A DNA stretch of 64,000 nt from Geopsychrobacteraceae bacterium (lineage in GTDB: Bacteria > Desulfobacterota > Desulfuromonadia > Desulfuromonadales > Geopsychrobacteraceae), in NCBI GenBank assembly GCA_963662315.1, contig OY759353.1:1440001-1504000 (forward strand). Direction: 5' to 3'. The notes below the pieces were generated by a model that did not search any database, was not told where the DNA came from, and worked only from the letters and a program-made list of their open reading frames with translations. Positions within the stretch are counted from its first letter, which is position 1; every line of letters starts with the position of its first letter. The position numbers were made by a program, and so were the translations under genes. This document shows, in pieces, positions 59,680 through 64,000 of this stretch.

Positions 59680-61917
59680 CTAGGAAAGCAGACGGTCATC
59701 CTGCTGTCCGTTGTTATGCAGCACAAATCGTTTGAGCATATCGCGCAATTGCAGCGCCTGTCCCGAGAGTTCCTCCGCTGCGGCAGCACTCTCCTCGGCA
59801 CTGGCGGTGTTCTGTTGGGTCACCTGATCAATCTGCGCCAGGCCGGTTGTCACCTGACTGATACCCTGGGCCTGTTCATTCGACGCGGTAGAGATCTCTT
59901 TCAGCAGATCGTTAACCTTATCCGTCCCAGTCATAATCTCCCGCAGCGCAGCAGCTGTCTGCTGGGCCATTTGATTCCCCTTGTCCGTCAGAGCCACCGA
60001 GCCTTCGATCAACTCAGCGGTCTCTTCGGCTGCTTTGGCGCTGCGTGCGGCCAAATTGCGCACTTCCTCTGCAACCACGGCAAAACCTTTTCCGTGCTGC
60101 CCGGCGCGTGCCGCCTCTACTGCGGCATTAAGCGCCAGCAAATTGGTCTGGAACGCGATTTCATCGATCACTTTGATGATCTTGCTGATATTTTGCCCAG
60201 CAACATTGATTTCAGCCATGGCTTCAACCATTGCCACCATCTGAGCATTGCCTTTCCGGGCCGCGACTTGCGATTCATTGGACAGCAGATTTGCTGCACT
60301 GGCATTCTCGGCATTGGTCCGCACTTGGGCAGCCATCATGTTCATTGACGCGGTCACCTCTTCAAGAGAACTGGCCGATTCAGTAGCGCCTTGCGATAAG
60401 GCCTGACTGGCATCACTGACCTGCCCCGAACCTGTCGCAATCTGCTCACCAGCAATCTGAATATTGCCAACCATTTCACGTAACCCTTCAAGCATGACTT
60501 TCAATGCCATACCCAACTGATCATCAGGTGAGGCAACCGTGACGTCATGAGTCAAATCGCCACGGGCGATAGCTTCGGCCAGATCACTGCGTTTTTGCAG
60601 ACTTTTCGCCATACCAACCAGAACAGACCCCAATTCGGTTATTTCGTCCTTGGCCTTAAAAACCTTGCATTCCCGGCAATCGGTATAGGTACCATTGGTG
60701 AGTTTGTGGCAAATAGGATCCGGGCCAAAGGTTCCTGTTTCGACCCAGCAATAGCCTTCAAGCCCGTAACTGGGGCAGTCCTTCTGCTCGCAATGATTCA
60801 GCTCAGAGCAATTAACACACTGCCCCATTGACAAACTCTGATCGCGCGTATCCCCCTTACCGTATTGGCCAACGACCGCGAACGCTCTTTTTAGCGGTTT
60901 GGTTATACTCCGCGAAACGATGAAGGCAAGCCCCAAACCAACGACCATCGCAAAGGCACCGACAAGAGTAATGCCTTGTTTCGTCTGGACGGCCGAAGCA
61001 ATCATCTGATCATCCGACAGAATACTGGCCGTGGCGGTATCCGTCATGCGATGCATAATATTCTGAACCTCTCCGAGGTATTTCTGCGTTTCGGTCGCAA
61101 AAATTTCATTGGCCTTTTTCTTCCCGGCCAATGAAATTGTAACATTCATACTCGCCTGCCGTAGCAGTTTTTGCGTTGTGGCCAAAGTGGGGACGATATT
61201 CGTGTTAAAATAATCTACTGCTCCACCGTGATTACCGGCGCTAAGCATTTCTGAGATCTGCTTACCATGCTTATGCAATTCTTCATGTGGTCCTTTCAGA
61301 GCGTCCAGTACCCTGCCTAATTCCGGATTCTGCTCAGCTGCCCCTTTCCCGGTACTGCCATACAGGAATTGTCCAAAGCCACATTTTGTATGATCAAATT
61401 CGACTTCTAACTGGGTATCACCGGAAATAATCCCACTCTGAATCTTGCTGACCCAGGAAACATGATCAAGCTCTTTTTCGGTTAGAAATTTTGCCAGATG
61501 AGGATCCGCCGGGCGAAAGACCTCTTTGATCCTTTGTGCAGTTTCATGGAGATGCATATGTGGTGTTTCTATTGCTTTGAGGTCCGAAGCTAAGGCAGGG
61601 ACAAGAAGTTCAGCCTGCTGGCGCCCTTCTCCGTTTAACCATTGCCCTAAGGCACACTTGGTATGATCCATCTGCACGTTCAGCTCGGAGACCTCTTCAT
61701 CAGTCAAAAAGGTTGAAACGGCTTTGACCCAGTTAAGATGATCCACCTCACGAGCCAGCAGTTCCCCACGCAATTTGTTGCCTGCAGCCATCTCCTTTCC
61801 ATCATCAACCGTCGTCGACAAGCCAGAAATCCCCCAAATCAGAGTGATAAGCATAAGGATCAGGATTGAACCGGCCATGATGATCATTTTTGTACCGATC
61901 TTTAAATATCTAAACAT
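59680..61917 (-). CDS. Methyl-accepting chemotaxis protein with two CZB domains and a Cys-rich HAMP insert
   Basis: TM1, two CZB motifs (H..WV...DHTKC..GQ..L...H..LH), TM2, HAMP domains and the MCP signalling signature. Confidence 0.95.
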   Translation of the reverse strand: MFRYLKIGTKMIIMAGSILILMLITLIWGISGLSTTVDDGKEMAAGNKLRGELLAREVDHLNWVKAVSTFLTDEEVSELNVQMDHTKCALGQWLNGEGRQQAELLVPALASDLKAIETPHMHLHETAQRIKEVFRPADPHLAKFLTEKELDHVSWVSKIQSGIISGDTQLEVEFDHTKCGFGQFLYGSTGKGAAEQNPELGRVLDALKGPHEELHKHGKQISEMLSAGNHGGAVDYFNTNIVPTLATTQKLLRQASMNVTISLAGKKKANEIFATETQKYLGEVQNIMHRMTDTATASILSDDQMIASAVQTKQGITLVGAFAMVVGLGLAFIVSRSITKPLKRAFAVVGQYGKGDTRDQSLSMGQCVNCSELNHCEQKDCPSYGLEGYCWVETGTFGPDPICHKLTNGTYTDCRECKVFKAKDEITELGSVLVGMAKSLQKRSDLAEAIARGDLTHDVTVASPDDQLGMALKVMLEGLREMVGNIQIAGEQIATGSGQVSDASQALSQGATESASSLEEVTASMNMMAAQVRTNAENASAANLLSNESQVAARKGNAQMVAMVEAMAEINVAGQNISKIIKVIDEIAFQTNLLALNAAVEAARAGQHGKGFAVVAEEVRNLAARSAKAAEETAELIEGSVALTDKGNQMAQQTAAALREIMTGTDKVNDLLKEISTASNEQAQGISQVTTGLAQIDQVTQQNTASAEESAAAAEELSGQALQLRDMLKRFVLHNNGQQDDRLLS

Positions 61918-61996
61918 ATTCTTTTAACCCTCCAATGGCGACTTTTGAAAAGAATGGAAGCAACAAGGATAAGAGCAGCTTAACAATAGAGCTACC

Positions 61997-62012
61997 AGCA
62001 ATATTAGTGCCA
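61997..62012 (-). promoter_or_regulatory. Sigma54 promoter of the CZB-MCP / hemerythrin-DGC unit
   Basis: Minus strand TGGCAC-TAATA-TTGCT, matching TGGCAC-N5-TTGCW, 80 nt before the ATG. Confidence 0.85.
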
Positions 62013-62148
62013 CTTAATGGCAATATCAAAAATCATCGCTTTTTAAGGAGGTTAACGCAGAAAAGGATCGATTGGCGAAAACCTGCGGCATCAACTTTTT
62101 TTACCAAACCAAGACCTGAGAAAATTGCTAACAAATTGAAATATATAT

Positions 62149-62200
62149 AAAAAAACAGGGAACAATAAAAGTTGTACAAACAACTTTTATTGTTCCCTGT
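62149..62200 (-). terminator. ilvN terminator with a 21-bp perfect stem (may double as enhancer boxes)
   Basis: ACAGGGAACAATAAAAGTTGT-ACAA-ACAACTTTTATTGTTCCCTGT, with a U-tract on the minus strand. Confidence 0.8.
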
Positions 62201-62257
62201 TCCCTATATGAAGGTGACCATTATTTGATTTTTTGGAATACCCATCCCGCCATAAAG

Positions 62258-62728
62258 TTATTTTTCCATAGCGGTGACGCCTGTCCTGGCAATCTCGATA
62301 ACATGCTCTTCGCCAACCTCCTCCAGAAACTCGTCAATACGCCGGGTCGACCCGGCCAATTGCAGAATGTGAATATCATCACTTTTCTGCTCAAGAATTT
62401 CAAAGTGATAACGAGGCAACATGGTTTCGAGATGATGGCTGTCGATCTCTATTTTTACGATAGCAACTTCGCGCCAGTAACTGTGGTCAGTATCAAGCTC
62501 CCGGGCAGAGATAACTTCAGTAAATTTTTCCAGTTGTTTGATGATCTGCACGATCCGAGCTTCGTCGTTCTCCTGCAGAGTAATCGTCATACGACTGATC
62601 CCCGGCACTTTGGAGCGACACACAGTCAAAGTATGGACGTTATACATTTTTTTCCTGATCAGCATCGAGATCTTATTTAAAACACCCGGATGATCTAAAG
62701 TAAAAGCCAGAATCGTCCGCCGTTTCAT
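62258..62728 (-). CDS. ilvN: Acetolactate synthase small (regulatory) subunit
   Basis: ACT domain (DHPGVLNKIS...YNV.TLTV...SRMTI, QIIKQLEK) and EIARTG. ATGA overlap with ilvB. Confidence 0.9.
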   Translation of the reverse strand: MKRRTILAFTLDHPGVLNKISMLIRKKMYNVHTLTVCRSKVPGISRMTITLQENDEARIVQIIKQLEKFTEVISARELDTDHSYWREVAIVKIEIDSHHLETMLPRYHFEILEQKSDDIHILQLAGSTRRIDEFLEEVGEEHVIEIARTGVTAMEK

Positions 62729-64000
62729 AAGGATTCTCCTTCCTGCTGCTGTAATCGTTTTTGCGGGTGCTCAACCATCATGTCTTCAAAACCACCACCG
62801 GAGGGGATCATCGGCAGAATAACTTCGGCCGGATCACATATAAATTCAAGAACCATCGCCCCCTTATAGTCGGCCGCGTCCTGGAGAGCTGGCGTGACAT
62901 CAGCAAAGGCGTCAACCTTACGATAGGGTATACCATAGGCCTTGGCCAAGTAACCAAAATCAGGACTCTGCATCGGGGTACCGGCGTAACGAGCATCAAA
63001 GAAGAAGGTCTGCCACTGCCGGACCATCCCGAGGTAACCATTATTCAGAATGATAATCTTGACATCAAGCTGTTGCTCCATAATGGTCCCCAACTCTTGC
63101 AGGTTCATCTGGAAACCACCATCACCACTGATCGACCAGACACGTTCATCAGGACGTGCCAGTTTGACACCAATCGCCATGGGGAGCGAGGCTCCCATAG
63201 TACCGGCCCCACCGGAGGCAAACCAGCTGTTGCGCGTCTGAAAATTGTAATAACGGGCAGAAATCATCTGGTGCTGACCAACATCCGGAACAATCAGATC
63301 CTTACCAGCGGTGACTTCTGACAGTTTATGGATAATCGTTTTCATCAGCAAACGACCCCCTTCTCCCACGCCCGTTGCAATCTCCTCGGCAATATCTGCC
63401 GCCATGACCTGCCTGAACCCGGCGATTTTTTCCAGCCAACGACGGCGCGGCTTATAGGTCAGCATCGGATCGCCGAGCATCATATACAGAGTCCTGCCGA
63501 CATCGGCAGGAATCGCAATAGAGGTTTTTACATTCTTGTCGATTTCAGACGGGTCAATTTCGACATGAATGACTTCGGCATTCTGGGCATATTCCTTTAA
63601 TTTGCCGGTAACCCGGTCATCGAAACGCATACCAAAGGAGATGAGCAGATCAGCCTCGACAATCGCACGATTAGCTTCCACCGTCCCGTGCATCCCCATC
63701 ATTCCTAAACTTAAAGGATGATCAGCGGGCATGGCGGACAATCCATGCAGGGTAAACGCCACAGGGATATTCACCTTCTCAGCAAATTTCTGTAGCAGAC
63801 TTCCGGCATTACTGCTGATCACGCCATGTCCACAGAACAACACCGGACGCTCACTGCGATTGATCATTTCAACCGCTTTTTTGACAATGTCACGCTCGGG
63901 AGTCGGTGTGAAAATATAACCAGGCAGATCGGGACAATAGCTATCCGGGTCAAAAGCATAAGACTCGGACACCTGGGCAACCTGAATATCTTTGGGTACG
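62725..64000 (-). CDS. ilvB: Acetolactate synthase large subunit (5' end lies outside the window)
   Basis: Frame stays open to the window edge (VPKDIQ...). LGMMGMHG, GMRFDDRVTG, DVGQHQM, SGGAGTMG and GDGGFQM...NN.YLGMVRQWQ. Confidence 0.95.
   Translation of the reverse strand, partial: VPKDIQVAQVSESYAFDPDSYCPDLPGYIFTPTPERDIVKKAVEMINRSERPVLFCGHGVISSNAGSLLQKFAEKVNIPVAFTLHGLSAMPADHPLSLGMMGMHGTVEANRAIVEADLLISFGMRFDDRVTGKLKEYAQNAEVIHVEIDPSEIDKNVKTSIAIPADVGRTLYMMLGDPMLTYKPRRRWLEKIAGFRQVMAADIAEEIATGVGEGGRLLMKTIIHKLSEVTAGKDLIVPDVGQHQMISARYYNFQTRNSWFASGGAGTMGASLPMAIGVKLARPDERVWSISGDGGFQMNLQELGTIMEQQLDVKIIILNNGYLGMVRQWQTFFFDARYAGTPMQSPDFGYLAKAYGIPYRKVDAFADVTPALQDAADYKGAMVLEFICDPAEVILPMIPSGGGFEDMMVEHPQKRLQQQEGESL

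Overview
This is a 64-kb chromosomal window, probably from a Desulfuromonadales-type deltaproteobacterium (inferred from gene content and the nadC-birA-coaX-fusA order). It contains about 55 CDS and no rRNA, tRNA, CRISPR array or transposase that I could see. Housekeeping genes include nadC, birA, coaX, an EF-G paralogue, livKHMGF, an ABC-F protein, rne, cysK, mltD, hflX, fabI, leuCD, pdxH, ppiC, metC and ilvBN. These are interleaved with a rich set of signalling genes. The strongest leads are: (1) a membrane HAMP-GGDDY enzyme with the Asp-to-Ser 'Hypr' substitution, a candidate cGAMP synthase, coupled to a lipoprotein; (2) two paralogous chemoreceptors with the same 7-Cys module inserted inside a HAMP domain, each behind a sigma54 promoter and tandem ACAA-N6-TTGT boxes, co-located with Cys-rich Zn-finger/PAS proteins, a heme-c hybrid kinase, an NtrC-type activator, periplasmic CZB domains and a hemerythrin diguanylate cyclase, which together suggest an uncharacterised metal-cofactor redox-sensing regulon; (3) a Cas4-like/DUF2779 nuclease with a degenerate exonuclease motif overlapping a MORN/YwqK-like gene; (4) an orphan protein behind a sigma28-type promoter. 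All family assignments come from motif recognition by eye, with no database searches.
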